A stretch of DNA of 64,000 nt from an uncultured delta proteobacterium (GCA_963804955.1 CAWDSQ010000013.1:32001-96000), one strand, 5' to 3'. Counted from the first letter of the stretch, positions 52,471 to 63,869 are shown. The notes: a model not told the origin generated them from the sequence alone. Numbers and translations are program-made.

Positions 52471-53203
52471 TCAAACATGATTTTGCGTTAGTGCAATTGC
52501 TTCTGTAAGGTCAATGCCGCCTGTATACAGAGCACGTCCGATAATAATCCCCATAATGCCAGAGGATTCTACGGATAGCAGATTTTTTACATCATCGATG
52601 CGCGACATGCCGCCGGAGGCAATAACGGGAATTGAAATTGAGGCTGCAAGCTTTGCCGTTTCTTCTACATTGGGGCCTGTCAGCATACCGTCACGGCTGA
52701 TGTCGGTATAGACGATTGACCGCAACAGCGTCAGGATCAAGCTGGCGGGCAAGATCGACAGCGCTGAGCTGCGTGCTCTCTGTCCAGCCTTGTACCGCTA
52801 CCATGCCGCTCTGAGCATCTATGCCGATAATGATCCGGCCGGGATATTTTTTGCAGCATGCATCCCTGAACGCTGGATCGCGCACGGCAGCAGTCCCGAG
52901 AATTGCGTATTTCACGCCGGCGGCAAGGTATTCATCAACCGTTTTGATATCGCGTATGCCGCCGCCGAGCTCGACATCCATGTTCACCGATGCGCATATC
53001 CTTTTCACCAGCTCCCTGTTGCGCGGCTCGCCTGACACAGCGCCGTCGAGGTCAACAATGTGCAGCCGTTGTGCGCCCATGGACTCCCAGCGCCTGGCAA
53101 CTTCTACGGGGTCGCTGGAATACACTGTGGCATCCTCCATGCGCCCCTGCGAGAGGCGAACGGCCTGGCCGTTTTTCAAATCAATTGCGGGAATAATAAT
53201 CAT
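52471..53203 (-). CDS. hisA: ProFAR isomerase; frameshift near 52720
   Basis: MIIIPAIDLK.G.AVRL.QG, LHIVDLDGA, GGGIR then YTDISRDGMLTGPN. Confidence 0.95.
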
Positions 53204-53229
53204 TGAAGACCTTTCACAGACTGGCCGCA

Positions 53230-53869
53230 CTATGCACGGGCAGCAAAAGCGGTAAAATTTTTCAGCAGCTGCAGGCCCGACAGCCTGGCTCTTTTCCGGA
53301 TGAAACTGGCAGGCGAAAACATTATCCTTCCAGATGCTTGAAACAAATTCAGTGCCATAGCCGGTAGTGGTGGCAATGACATCCGGGTCATCAGGCGCGA
53401 CATAATAGGAATGCACAAAATAAAAACAGGCCCCTGCTTCGATGCCGCTAAGATGCGGCGCCTGTTTTCTGACGTTCAGGACATTCCACCCCATGTGGGG
53501 AATTTTCAAGAGCCTGCCGCCTGCATCGCGCTGCTCAGCAGGGAAGCGAAGGACCCTGCCTTTGATTACATCAAGGCCGGGGCAGGCGCCGAATTCCTCG
53601 CTGTCTGAAAACAGAATCTGCAGGCCGAGGCAAATGCCGAGAAATGGTTTGCCTGACCTGATGGATGAAACAATGGATGATATGAGCCCGAGGCGATCGA
53701 GGTTTTCAAAGCATTTTCTGAAGGCGCCGACACCGGGCAGAACAAGGGCTCGCGCATCGTCAACGGCCTGCGCTGAAGTTACTATCCCGGCAGTGCAGCC
53801 TGATTTCTCAAAGGCTTTTTGAACGCTGCGCAGATTGCCCATGCCGTAGTCGATGATGGACACATGCAT
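53230..53869 (-). CDS. hisH: Imidazole glycerol phosphate synthase glutaminase subunit; frameshift near 53280 causes apparent fusion to hisA
   Basis: DYGMGNLRSV, LPGVG, GICLG, PHMGWN, YFVHSY, QFHPEKS. Confidence 0.95.
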
Positions 53870-53872
53870 TGA

Positions 53873-54460
53873 CTAGAGCACTCCCTTGGTCGAAGGCACG
53901 CCCGTTATACGACCGTCAAGCTGCGTGGCGCGATCCAGGGCCCGGCCAAGGGCCTTGAAAACCGCCTCGATGATATGATGGCTGTTCTTGCCGTAGGGGA
54001 CATTAATATGCAGCGTTGCCTTGCAGTTATTGACCAGGGCCTGCAAAAACTCCTCAACCAGTTCGCTGTCGAATTCTCCGACTTTGCCTTTCAGGTCAGG
54101 AGCATTATAGACCAGACAGGGCCTGCCGCTGAGGTCAAGCGTTACATCTGCCAGCGCCTCATCCATGGGCACAGCAGCCTGACCATAGCGGCACATGCCC
54201 GCCTTGTCGCCCAGGGCCTTAACAATCGCCTGCCCGAGGCAAATCCCGATATCCTCGACCGTATGATGAAAATCAATGGCCGTATCGCCCCTGGCCAGCA
54301 CAGTCAGATTGAAAAGCCCATGCCTGGCGAAAAGCTCAAGCATATGGTTGAGAAACGCCACAGGTGTCTGCACGCTGTAGGAGCCTGTGCCGTCAATCTC
54401 AAGGGCAACAGCAATATCGGTTTCAGATGTTTTTCGTTCGATTCGGGCTGAACGTTCCAT
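53873..54460 (-). CDS. hisB: Imidazoleglycerol-phosphate dehydratase
   Basis: [31 protein letters not shown]. Confidence 0.96.
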   Translation of the reverse strand: MERSARIERKTSETDIAVALEIDGTGSYSVQTPVAFLNHMLELFARHGLFNLTVLARGDTAIDFHHTVEDIGICLGQAIVKALGDKAGMCRYGQAAVPMDEALADVTLDLSGRPCLVYNAPDLKGKVGEFDSELVEEFLQALVNNCKATLHINVPYGKNSHHIIEAVFKALGRALDRATQLDGRITGVPSTKGVL

Positions 54461-54602
54461 ATGTTCTCCTGTGTCTGATTGCATATTAAGACATCTTACC
54501 ACGTACTGACCTTATTATTCAAGGCAGTTCAGCAATGATTCCATCAGGCGGGATTAATGTTGATTTTTTGACCGGGCCGATTGCGGTCTCTGTCAAGGCT
54601 GC

Positions 54603-54929
54603 CTATGAATTTTGTGCTTCACCATTAATGCTGAAAAGCGAATAAAAACGGAAAAAACGGGCAACTTTTATAAACTTCTCTTCGGCATTAATGATCTCGA
54701 ATGTCTTTGATTCGGCAGCCGACTGGCGGTAAATGCCGATAATGAGATTCACCCCCAGTGAATCCACTATTTCAATGCCCGATGCATCAACAACAATGCC
54801 AATCACACCGGGATATTTTTTCATCTCAGCAAGCACAGCTTCACGAAGAGCCTCAATATGGCTTGCAATAAGGTCGGTTTGAGGCTGCAATACAAGCCGG
54901 TTCTCTTGAATAATCACATTCATGCGCAC
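54603..54929 (-). CDS. STAS-domain protein
   Basis: VDASGIEIVDSLGV motif. Confidence 0.8.
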   Translation of the reverse strand: MRMNVIIQENRLVLQPQTDLIASHIEALREAVLAEMKKYPGVIGIVVDASGIEIVDSLGVNLIIGIYRQSAAESKTFEIINAEEKFIKVARFFRFYSLFSINGEAQNS

Positions 54930-55007
54930 TCCCTCCTGCAGGAATTAATCTGTTCGCAGCCTGAAAATCAGTGGTGAGCCTTGCAAAACAGCTGAAAATA
55001 CCAATTA

Positions 55008-56942
55008 TTATTGTCCATTAAACACCAGTATCACCGTGCCGCCTTCGACGGTCAGGCTATCGGCCGCAGCACGAATTGCCGGCATCCCTCGCTTGCCAAG
55101 CAGACTTTCCGGCTTTGCTGGTGCAGCAAGGGTCTGGGCCAAATCAAACCCCGGACCTTCATCTGACACCTCGACGACAAGACGCTGTGGCGCAGGGTAC
55201 ACCATAATATCTACAAAAGTATCCGGATTACGGTGATTGCCATGCTCAACAGCATTCAGCATGGCTTCACGCAGCGCAAGCAGTATAAAGTCGATATCCT
55301 TGCCTGAAGGAACCATGTCGGGAGTCAAAATTTCCGCAGCCCAAGCACATGCACTGTCAACTCCTTCATACGTGGACTTAAAAGAATAGCATGGCCCGGA
55401 CGGCTTTTCCGGCTGGGGTATGTAATAGGAAAGCAGCACCATATCATCCCGCTGGTCGATACCGGCACGCTTCAGTAGACGACTGCACAGACCCTTTGGC
55501 GGCCCGCTATGCAGCATGGCCGGGTCAGCGGCTACCACAGCCTGAATCGCCTCTTTTTCAAAGCCATCGGAAAACATGAATACATAGCTTTCCGCCGGGC
55601 ATGCGACGGCGCTGGCACTGATAAGACCCGTGTCCTTCAGAAGGCCAAGGCACATGCCGCCGCCCTCGATCTCCCGGCAGGAAAACTGGCCGTCGGCTGT
55701 TCGCTCATACAACAGCGCACCGGGATTGCCTGCCGTGGCTATATGCATGGTGCGTCGGGGAGCATCCCACAGCATGGCGGAAACGCATACATGCGATTTG
55801 GCATATCCAAGTTTAATGAATTCTGTATTAATCACACGCAAAAGAATGGACGGATTCTGGTAGGTATCCCAGCACGAGGTGAGTATTCCCAAAAATACGG
55901 CGCTCATATAGAGGCTTGCCAGATCATGCCCTGCGATATCGGCAAGCACAAAACCGCAACGCCCGGCCCGATTAAATTTTCTGCAGCGCACAATATCACC
56001 GCCCGCATCATGCAGACTTTTGAAATCAAGATCGCAAAAACGGCAGGGGGGATCACACCCGAAATCAATCAAATCCGCCTGAGCCTGCCGCAGCTGACCT
56101 GCCAGCGCGGGGGCGGGTATGGCACTTTGCTGCCGCCTGCTGAGTGCCGACTCTATCATGCCAAGGGCAGACCCATCCAGAATCGATTCGGGGAAAATAC
56201 CGTCTGCCCCCTGCTGCATGGCAAGCTGATACATATCAGGATCATATTGTTGCGTATAAATAAAAACAAGCACATCAGGATACAGCCTTCGAACCATAGC
56301 AAGCAGGCCCATGGCATCTATGCCGCTGGTATACAGATTGCTGACAATAATATCGACAGAGGCAGGATCAGCATGCAGCATCTCAAGCGCATGACTGCCG
56401 GTTGCGGCATGCCGCATGATAAAGCCGAAATGCCGCAGTGTCCGGATATGGGGTTCAGCACGCTGCCGATCCTCCTCCACAAGAATCACCCGATAGCGGG
56501 AAAAATCAAACGACGGGCTTGCAATCGCCGGTATGGCCACCGGCGCTGAAAGGTCGGCGTCGGACTGCTGTGCAAGATGAGCGGCTATGATGGCTCTAAG
56601 CTTTTCCAAATCAATCGGTTTGGCGACAAAAGCATTGCAGCCGGCGTCAAGGGCCCGCTCCTTATCCTGCTTCATACTTAAGGCTGAAAGGGCTATAATG
56701 GGCGTGTCGACTCCCCGTGCGCGAATCTGCCTGACGGTTTCAAAACCATCCATGCCGGGCATAAGCAGATCCATAAAAATAAGCGAATAACTCCGCGCCT
56801 GCACTTTTTCAAGAGCTTCTCTGCCATTCTCAGCCTGTTCCCAGCAACAGGAAGCGCTTTCGGCTGCAGCCATGATAAGTTCACGGTTCAGCGGGTTATC
56901 GTCGACTACGAGAATCGTTGGCTGATCGGGATACAGTGTCAT
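55008..56942 (-). CDS. REC-REC-PP2C(SpoIIE)-RsbW-like ATPase multidomain regulator
   Basis: DLLMPGMDG; GGD, ADIAGH, SDG, DD; EAMLNAVEHGN, DEGPGFD. Confidence 0.88.
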   Translation of the reverse strand: MTLYPDQPTILVVDDNPLNRELIMAAAESASCCWEQAENGREALEKVQARSYSLIFMDLLMPGMDGFETVRQIRARGVDTPIIALSALSMKQDKERALDAGCNAFVAKPIDLEKLRAIIAAHLAQQSDADLSAPVAIPAIASPSFDFSRYRVILVEEDRQRAEPHIRTLRHFGFIMRHAATGSHALEMLHADPASVDIIVSNLYTSGIDAMGLLAMVRRLYPDVLVFIYTQQYDPDMYQLAMQQGADGIFPESILDGSALGMIESALSRRQQSAIPAPALAGQLRQAQADLIDFGCDPPCRFCDLDFKSLHDAGGDIVRCRKFNRAGRCGFVLADIAGHDLASLYMSAVFLGILTSCWDTYQNPSILLRVINTEFIKLGYAKSHVCVSAMLWDAPRRTMHIATAGNPGALLYERTADGQFSCREIEGGGMCLGLLKDTGLISASAVACPAESYVFMFSDGFEKEAIQAVVAADPAMLHSGPPKGLCSRLLKRAGIDQRDDMVLLSYYIPQPEKPSGPCYSFKSTYEGVDSACAWAAEILTPDMVPSGKDIDFILLALREAMLNAVEHGNHRNPDTFVDIMVYPAPQRLVVEVSDEGPGFDLAQTLAAPAKPESLLGKRGMPAIRAAADSLTVEGGTVILVFNGQ

Positions 56943-57293
56943 AGATTGAACCTACTGGAACGATTGGCGAAGATAAACAGAAGCAGTGCTGTTCTGCAAT
57001 TGTGTGTTCATTATAATATGCTTATATCCCTCACGCAACACAAAGAATTATTCTGCTGTGCAGCCATCCTACCATGGCATGCTTGAGGATTTTAAGGGGT
57101 GCAAACATTTTCATAGCCAACATTCTGCATCAATCATTTTCGGGAAAAAGAGGCAAAAACCTGCTGCGCCAGCCGTATGCGGAAAAGGATCGGCAGGTCA
57201 AAATCATAACAAACCGAAAAATGCGCAGGTGCTGCGGAAAGCTCGTTGAAACAAAAAAAATCAATCAGTTGAAAAAACCAGACGGTGCTCCCG

Positions 57294-57578
57294 TCAGCCT
57301 CCGTCAAACGGAATCATAATTGCAACCGTGTCGCCATCCTGTAGCTGAATTAGCATATCCACGGTTGAACGAAATGTTTTGCCGTTTATTAGAATAAGAA
57401 ACGGCACTATCTCTCCCGTGAGTTGATCCCGTATCTGACGGTCAAATGCCGAACCGAAACGTTGTATGAGCTGTGCGAAAAGATCGGAAAGACTCGACCG
57501 CGGCTGCAGCTCAATTTCAATCTCATGAGCCCCCAGAACATCCTTAATGTTAGCAAACGATTGCAGCACTATTTTCAT
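57294..57578 (-). CDS. MoaD/ThiS family sulfur carrier
   Basis: FA.IKD, ILINGK, LQDGDTV, C-terminal GG. Confidence 0.88.
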   Translation of the reverse strand: MKIVLQSFANIKDVLGAHEIEIELQPRSSLSDLFAQLIQRFGSAFDRQIRDQLTGEIVPFLILINGKTFRSTVDMLIQLQDGDTVAIMIPFDGG

Positions 57579-57705
57579 TACCCATCTCCTGCACCGCCAG
57601 ATGGGTGCGCGCAGATTTCCAGTTTCGCACTGAACACGATGTGCGCCCCCATCAGTACAACTATGTTTCCCTACGGGGGCATCGGCTCAATAAAGCTGCG
57701 GATAA

Positions 57706-59442
57706 TCATGTATCAGACGGTTCTGCAATATTGTACTCAACGAGCTTTCTATAGAGTGTCTGGCGGCCGACGCCCAGAATGCGTGCGGCTTTAGCCTTAT
57801 TCCAGGCAGTCTTTTCGAGAGCCCTGCGCACAGCATCTTCGGAGCAATGCGATACGGTCGCTTTAACCGGAGCAACCCTGACACCCGGCGTCGGCACGCA
57901 GAGCTCCTGAGGAAGATGCGCAACGGTTATTTCCGCACCGTCGCAGACAACAAAGGCATGCTCCATGACATGTTCAAGCTCACGAATATTGCCGGGCCAG
58001 CTGTATGCCAGAAATGTTTTGTAGACATCCTCGGCGATATGCAAAATATTTTTATGAAACTGGAGGATGAAACGGGCCCTGAAGTGTTCAACCAGCAGAG
58101 GAATATCCTCCCTGCGTTCACGCAGAGACGGCAAAAAAACCTCAACCACCTTGAGGCGGTAATAGAGATCCTTGCGGAAACCGCCCTGCTCAACACTGTC
58201 CATCAAATTCTGATGAGTTGCTGCGATAACGCGCACATTCACCTTGATGGACCGCGTATCGCCGACACGCTCAAACTCTTTCTGCTGAAGAAAACGCAGC
58301 AGTTTAACCTGCACGTTAGGGGTTAAATCGCCGATTTCATCAAGAAAAACAGTCCCTCCATCGGCCATCTCGAAACGGCCGACCTTGTCCTTTATGGCGC
58401 CGGTAAATGAACCTTTTACATGGCCGAACAGCTCGCTTTCAAGAAGGTTTTCCGAAAGGGCCGAGCAGTTGATTTTAATCAACGGTTTAGCCGAACGAGG
58501 CCCAATGGCATGAAGTGCATCGGCGACAAGCTCCTTGCCGGTGCCGCTCTCTCCCGTAACCAGCACAGAGGTTTCCGTTTCAGCCAGAGCCTCAAGCAGA
58601 TCATAGATTTCCTGCATCCGTTTACTTTTGCCGATCATGGCGCGAAAACTGCGCCGCTCATGAGCTCCATCTTCAAGATCGATAGTGCGCGTTATGTCGC
58701 GCAGTACAAGAACAGCCCCCGGAACCATGCTTCTTGAATCGACAAGGGGCGTACAGCTGATCAGAACCGTCTGCGGCCTGCCGTCAGGACATATCCATTC
58801 GGCGGGATATTCTTGTATCATTGCCGCGTTTTGCAGGGTCTTTTCAGCCACATCAACCAGAAAGGGTTTCTGCGACTGGCTGACCACATCGGCGAGATCC
58901 CGGCCGAGAATATCCTTGGTAGATCGCTGCAAAAATTTTTCAACGGCATCGTTAACGGTCAGTATCGTCATCCTGGAATCAATTGCGATAATTGCTTCAT
59001 GCACGCATTTAAATGTTGCTTCAAGAGTACGCCTGTATGTTTCCCGTGAATCAACCGCATGTTTGTGACGAAGAGCATGATCGGCTATGCGCAGCAGCAT
59101 CGTTTTCGTCACCGGCTTGGGCACATAATCGAATGCGCCCAGGCGAACCGCTTCTCCTGCAGTCACCATATCAACCTTCCCGGCAATTATGACAACCTGT
59201 GTCGGAAGCTCACGTTTTTTCACCTCCCGCAAAATATCAATTCCCGTCTTTGACCCATGCACGATATCGACAAAAACCGCGTCAAAAGCACCCTGTGAAA
59301 GCTCTTCTATGGCGCTATCATAGTCACTGGCCTGCACAGACTCATACTCTGCCTCTGAAAGAATGGCATGGAATGTCTCTCGAAGGCTTGTCTCATCAAT
59401 AACGACTAGCATTTTCCCTTCACCGTTCTCCTCAATCTTCAT
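57706..59442 (-). CDS. Sigma54-dependent activator (REC-PAS-AAA+-HTH)
   Basis: [35 protein letters not shown], Fis-type HTH. Confidence 0.95.
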   Translation of the reverse strand: MKIEENGEGKMLVVIDETSLRETFHAILSEAEYESVQASDYDSAIEELSQGAFDAVFVDIVHGSKTGIDILREVKKRELPTQVVIIAGKVDMVTAGEAVRLGAFDYVPKPVTKTMLLRIADHALRHKHAVDSRETYRRTLEATFKCVHEAIIAIDSRMTILTVNDAVEKFLQRSTKDILGRDLADVVSQSQKPFLVDVAEKTLQNAAMIQEYPAEWICPDGRPQTVLISCTPLVDSRSMVPGAVLVLRDITRTIDLEDGAHERRSFRAMIGKSKRMQEIYDLLEALAETETSVLVTGESGTGKELVADALHAIGPRSAKPLIKINCSALSENLLESELFGHVKGSFTGAIKDKVGRFEMADGGTVFLDEIGDLTPNVQVKLLRFLQQKEFERVGDTRSIKVNVRVIAATHQNLMDSVEQGGFRKDLYYRLKVVEVFLPSLRERREDIPLLVEHFRARFILQFHKNILHIAEDVYKTFLAYSWPGNIRELEHVMEHAFVVCDGAEITVAHLPQELCVPTPGVRVAPVKATVSHCSEDAVRRALEKTAWNKAKAARILGVGRQTLYRKLVEYNIAEPSDT

Positions 59443-59561
59443 TCATGCCTATGCATACACAGGTCGATACTGCTCGTAGTGCAAATCTCGCTCGCTGTTA
59501 CTGGCTGCTGCGTACAACTTTATGGTCAAAAGAATCATGTTTCACTGCAAGCGCAATTTAC

Positions 59562-60018
59562 TTATCTTAAATCTGCGCCAAAACAATAAGCAAATTGCCG
59601 TCGGCAAGAAAGCTGCACTGAACAAAAGACCCGTGCAGGGTCAAGCGTATTGTCGATCATCTCCGGAAGTCCGAGATGAAAAGCACATTCAGCCGGAAGA
59701 ATTCTTTTCATCACACGGCCCGATATCGTGTTCAAAAGCTCGCAGGTGACATCTTGAATCATGGCATCGGAAAGTTCAGTATCTGAGATGCTGTACAGGT
59801 GTTTGGAAATTTCAACCGCCGTGCTCCTGGGCATGGCAAGGCGCAGCATGCCCGGCCGCGGCTCAAGCACCCGCAGTGATGCCATGACAGCATCACTGCC
59901 TAAATCTTCGGACACGCCGTCGAGTATCGGTGTCAATGGCCATGAAAACCATATTCTCAATACTCTCCGTCACCGCAGCTTTAATGGCTAAGCACATAGT
60001 AACATCATGCTGGTCCAT
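59562..60018 (-). CDS. cheX: CheX-like chemotaxis phosphatase; frameshifted
   Basis: AVTESIENMVFM then D..CELLNTISGR (E-xx-N motif), F.LGLP. Confidence 0.65.
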
Positions 60019-60403
60019 GCGCGGCCTCCTGTTTTTTAAACAAAACACCTATGGATGCAATCAGTACAGGTGGAGTTATTGGCTTACTCAACACAGCATA
60101 TGCCCCCTCAGCAATCAGCTCGACATCGGATGCAGGATTGCTGGCGCTTGAGATGACAACCACCGGTATATCGCATGTTCCGGGGCTTGATTTGAGCCGC
60201 TTCAGCATATTTCTGCCGTCGAGCACCGGCATATTGAGGTCGGCGAGTATAAAATCAACAGGCGCTTCCCTCAGCAGATCAAGGGCTTCTTTGCCGTTGC
60301 CCGCTTCCTGAAAATCAGCGCCCTGGCACCCTGCAATTTCAAGACAGCGCCTGATGAACATCCGGGCTGTGCTCGAATCATCAACGATTAATATTTTCAG
60401 CAT
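60005..60403 (-). CDS. CheY-like single-domain response regulator
   Basis: ILIVDDS, DLNMPVLDG, KP. Confidence 0.9.
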   Translation of the reverse strand: MLKILIVDDSSTARMFIRRCLEIAGCQGADFQEAGNGKEALDLLREAPVDFILADLNMPVLDGRNMLKRLKSSPGTCDIPVVVISSASNPASDVELIAEGAYAVLSKPITPPVLIASIGVLFKKQEAAHGPA

Positions 60404-60456
60404 TACCTGCACCTCCATTCACAAAAGCTTTCATCCTTTGGAAGTCCTCGTCGACG

Positions 60457-60687
60457 CTAATCATAATTGCTGGAAACATCCCTGCGTATGCCCGGTAATT
60501 CCTTATACCCGCTTTCCAGCTGATAGCACAGGGAATCGCATCCCGTTCCGACTCCATTCATCATGGCAATAATATCCCCCGAATGAACGGCATAAATCGA
60601 CATATCATATTCCGTATCTTGCTGCAAAAACAACACTTCTATTACTCGAAAAGGCGCATCTGCCATCCGGCGTTGCTCATGAAACAT
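60457..60687 (-). CDS. Small hypothetical protein
   Basis: 76-aa ORF co-oriented within the che cluster; no motif recognised. Confidence 0.35.
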   Translation of the reverse strand: MFHEQRRMADAPFRVIEVLFLQQDTEYDMSIYAVHSGDIIAMMNGVGTGCDSLCYQLESGYKELPGIRRDVSSNYD

Positions 60688-60704
60688 ACCGCATGATCAC
60701 ATCC

Positions 60705-61043
60705 TTAAACTCCTGAAGCTGCACCGGCTTTGCCATGAAATGCGTGACGCCCTTTTCGAGCAGGTGTGCGATTTCCCTGGCCCTGATAGCGCCCGAAACG
60801 ACAAGGATGGGAAGTTTGGAAAAACGGCTGCACTCCCGAATCATCCGTGATCAGCTCCCTGCCTTCCATTTCGGGCATCGACATATCGGATATGAGCAAT
60901 GCAATATCTTCATTTGCCTGCAGCACCTCCCAGGCCATTTGCCCGTTTGTGGCTCTGATGACAGAATGCCCCATCGATTCGACTGCCGAACTGAAAATTT
61001 CCAGCGTGGCCCTGTCATCCTCTGCGATCAGTATCTTTGCCAT
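60705..61043 (-). CDS. CheY-like response regulator; frameshift near 60845
   Basis: MAKILIAEDD, DMSMPEMEG, then LPILVVSG...FMAKPV in the shifted frame; 3' end approximate. Confidence 0.8.
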   Translation of the reverse strand: MAKILIAEDDRATLEIFSSAVESMGHSVIRATNGQMAWEVLQANEDIALLISDMSMPEMEGRELITDDSGVQPFFQTSHPCRFGRYQGQGNRTPARKGRHAFHGKAGAASGV

Positions 61044-61107
61044 AGCACCACCGTTATGCTGCATGCATGAATCAGAAAAAACCTGTTTGTTGTTTTTCCG
61101 CAGCATG

Positions 61108-61596
61108 CTAAATCTCCCGGATTCCCCGGCCTGCAGACGTAATGACGACTCTGCCGGCGTCAACATCCACAGCGATGCTTCTGCTTGTATGCCCGCCGAC
61201 ATCTTCAGCCTGCACACCCATACCATGATGCCAGAGTATCTTCTTGAGGGCCAACTCATTGCGTTTACCGATATTGAAGGTATTGTGGGGATCCATAACC
61301 TGAGCGCCACCGGTCATTTTCACAAGAAATTTTTTTTCGTTCTGAACGCCTGATATGAGCTTCATTGCCTCAAGGAGGGCGGCAAAACCCGTATCTGCAA
61401 AATAGCCGGGCTTTACCAGCGCTTTAGAGCGGTCGATGGAAGATTCAGGAAGCGCCACATGTACCATGCCCACAGACCTTGTCCGTGGTTCAAGGAAAAC
61501 GACTGCTACACATGAACCAAGGGCAAGAGTCTTGATCACATCACCGGGCGTTTTTGATACGCCCAAGTCTCCGACGCCAAGAATTATGGTCGACAT
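61108..61596 (-). CDS. cheD: Chemoreceptor glutamine deamidase CheD
   Basis: LGSCVAV, GMVHVALP, FADTG, GGA, IGKRN, EDVGG. Confidence 0.93.
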   Translation of the reverse strand: MSTIILGVGDLGVSKTPGDVIKTLALGSCVAVVFLEPRTRSVGMVHVALPESSIDRSKALVKPGYFADTGFAALLEAMKLISGVQNEKKFLVKMTGGAQVMDPHNTFNIGKRNELALKKILWHHGMGVQAEDVGGHTSRSIAVDVDAGRVVITSAGRGIREI

Positions 61597-61688
61597 AGAT
61601 TGCTGAGCAGCTAAAATTTAAATGCGATGCGCACGATAGTGCCAAACCTTCCAGCTCATGCTTCTTTTCTTCATAGCGGAGCAGGAGC

Positions 61689-62084
61689 CTATTTCTCCTG
61701 TGGCCGTGAGGGCGTTTCGCTGCCCGTGCTACATTTTGATTGCTCATAGGCGTCCAGAGCTTCTGCAAGCTGCTGCAGGCTCAGAACGCCCATCTCAAGT
61801 AAAATTTTTCCAATCGGGGGCCGCTTGCCCTTTTGAATGGCAAGAAGAAAATCAACCTGCTGTCGGGTAAGGTATCCAAGATCTAATGCGGTATCACCAA
61901 ATTTTAAATTTTTATCATCCTGGCGGTTCAGTATTTCAAAAACCTGATCCATTCTGAGCAAATGGTGCTCCAGTGCTATCTTCCCTATCGGTATTTGCTG
62001 CTCCCGCTGGATGTCAAGGGCTTTGAGGATATGCTCAGTGCTGACCAGACCTAGCTGCACAAGAAATGTGCCGAAATGGTTCAT
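61689..62084 (-). CDS. Stand-alone protein of four MshEN/GspE-N-like motifs (paralog 1)
   Basis: FG.FLV.LGLV...ALDIQ; IGKIAL...; KFG..AL.LGYLT..QV..LL..Q; IGKILLEMG.L...QL.EAL. Confidence 0.75.
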   Translation of the reverse strand: MNHFGTFLVQLGLVSTEHILKALDIQREQQIPIGKIALEHHLLRMDQVFEILNRQDDKNLKFGDTALDLGYLTRQQVDFLLAIQKGKRPPIGKILLEMGVLSLQQLAEALDAYEQSKCSTGSETPSRPQEK

Positions 62085-62252
62085 GGGTTCCTCCTTGCAG
62101 CCATGTAGTACGTCACCCAACCCCGGCACCGCAGGTCGTTTTTCATAAAAATCAGCACCATAATACCGTGCTCAGGATGTAATAAAAACTCCAACCTCAA
62201 TGCATCTGCTGTGTGGCACTACAGTCGGCAAACCTGTCTTTTAAAAAGCGGA

Positions 62253-62627
62253 CTATGCTTCGTGGCTCGTGCTGTTTTTCAACTTTTCATAGCCATCCAG
62301 AGCCTCTGCAAGCTGCTCCCTGCTGAGCACTCCCATCTCAACCAGTATTTCTCCTATCTTCGGCCGTTGGCTCATTTGAATATTGAGAATAAAATCAACC
62401 TGCTCACGGGTAAGATAGCCAAGGGCTAAGGCGATATCGCAAAATTTCAACTGTGTATCAGCCTGACGGTTCAGTATGTTAAACGTGTGATTCATTTCAA
62501 GAAGGCGGTATGCAAGAGCGATCTTCCCCACCGGCGTTTGCTTCTCCTGCTGGCAGTCAAGAGCTTGTATGATATGCTCAGGAGTGACCATTCCCTTCTT
62601 GACAAGAAATGTGCCGAAATGTTCCAT
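62253..62627 (-). CDS. Stand-alone protein of four MshEN/GspE-N-like motifs (paralog 2)
   Basis: Colinear with paralog 1; KIGEILVEMGVLSREQLAEAL. Confidence 0.75.
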   Translation of the reverse strand: MEHFGTFLVKKGMVTPEHIIQALDCQQEKQTPVGKIALAYRLLEMNHTFNILNRQADTQLKFCDIALALGYLTREQVDFILNIQMSQRPKIGEILVEMGVLSREQLAEALDGYEKLKNSTSHEA

Positions 62628-62766
62628 GGCGGACCTCTACTAATAATTTTTTTTAATGCAGGTGTTCAGCACGACACAGCCCGGAGACTCATCAGCAGCC
62701 GGCCTGCACTCTGGCAGTAAACAGGCCTGAATCATGCATGTTTACTTCAGTATATGTACCTTGCTG

Positions 62767-63813
62767 TTATATATAACTCAATACTGTTTGAGCTATTTTG
62801 TCAAGCGGAACAAAGCTTTCAGCACCGCCCCGGTCATAGGCGCTCTTGGGCATGCCGAATACAATGCAGCTCTTCTCATCCTGTGCGATGGTGCGGGCGC
62901 CCGCTTGTCGCATGGCAAACATGCCATCGGCTCCGTCGCGGCCCATGCCGGTGAGCATGACCCCGACCGCATTTGCACCCGCATGCTCGGCTACCGACAG
63001 CATCATAACGTCTACCGAGGGGCAATGGCCGTTTATTCTTTCTCCGGCCATGCAATCGACATAGTAAAAGCCTCCTGTTCGCCTCACGGTAAGGTGATAG
63101 TCGCCAGGGGCTATAAGAATTCTGCCGGGCATAATCCTGTCGCCGCTCTCAGCTTCCTTCACCTCCATGAGGCACTGCGTATTCAAGCGCTCGGCAAATG
63201 CCCGGGTAAACCCTGCCGGCATGTGCTGAACAATAACTACACCCGGTGCTATGGCGGGAAAGCGCTCGATCACCATCCGTATCGCCTCTGTGCCGCCAGT
63301 GGAAGCGCCGATAGCAATAACCTTATCGGTTGACTCGGCAAGAGATTTTCTCATATCGATGATCTGCGGCTTTTCATCAAGGCGTTTTACTTTCCAGTGG
63401 CTCACATTGGCTGTGGATGCTATCTTCACCTTGGTCCGCAGTTCCATCATCATATCGCCCAGGCCCCTGGCTATATTCGCAGACGGCTTCGGAACAACAT
63501 CAACGGCTCCGGCCTCAAGGGCTTCAATGGTGATCTGTTTGCCCTTCTGCGTCAGCGCGCTGACCATGACGACAGGCAGCGGGTACTGGGGCATAAAACG
63601 TCTCAAAAAATCAACTCCGTCCATCCTGGGCATTTCCACATCAAGGGTAAGCACGTCCGGACGGTGCTTGATAATCATATCGCGGGCGACATACGGATCG
63701 GATGCAGCGCCGACGACTTCGATGCCGGGATCCTGCGATAGTCCCTGAGAAAGGATGTTACGGACAAGGGCCGAATCATCAACGACAAGGACACGTATTT
63801 TTTTTTTGATCAT
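62767..63813 (-). CDS. cheB: Chemotaxis methylesterase CheB
   Basis: REC plus IGASTGG, VQHMP, PSVD, LTGMGRDGA, VFGMP. Confidence 0.97.
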   Translation of the reverse strand: MIKKKIRVLVVDDSALVRNILSQGLSQDPGIEVVGAASDPYVARDMIIKHRPDVLTLDVEMPRMDGVDFLRRFMPQYPLPVVMVSALTQKGKQITIEALEAGAVDVVPKPSANIARGLGDMMMELRTKVKIASTANVSHWKVKRLDEKPQIIDMRKSLAESTDKVIAIGASTGGTEAIRMVIERFPAIAPGVVIVQHMPAGFTRAFAERLNTQCLMEVKEAESGDRIMPGRILIAPGDYHLTVRRTGGFYYVDCMAGERINGHCPSVDVMMLSVAEHAGANAVGVMLTGMGRDGADGMFAMRQAGARTIAQDEKSCIVFGMPKSAYDRGGAESFVPLDKIAQTVLSYI

Positions 63814-63869
63814 CTCCGCCCCGTCAATTAAACCTCTACCGTACTGCTCTCAGGTATGTAACAAGCCTC

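Noticed and set aside
52691..53869. HisH-HisA fusion ORF (392 aa)
   Set aside because: Produced by a frameshift near 53280; the normal HisH end (GLQLLKNF) is in another frame and hisA has its own ATG at 53203.
60705..61310. 201-aa ORF overlapping cheD
   Set aside because: An upstream extension in an alternate frame; the real response regulator starts at 61043.
61630..61645. sigma54 promoter upstream of cheD
   Set aside because: GG-to-GC spacing is 9 nt rather than the required 10.
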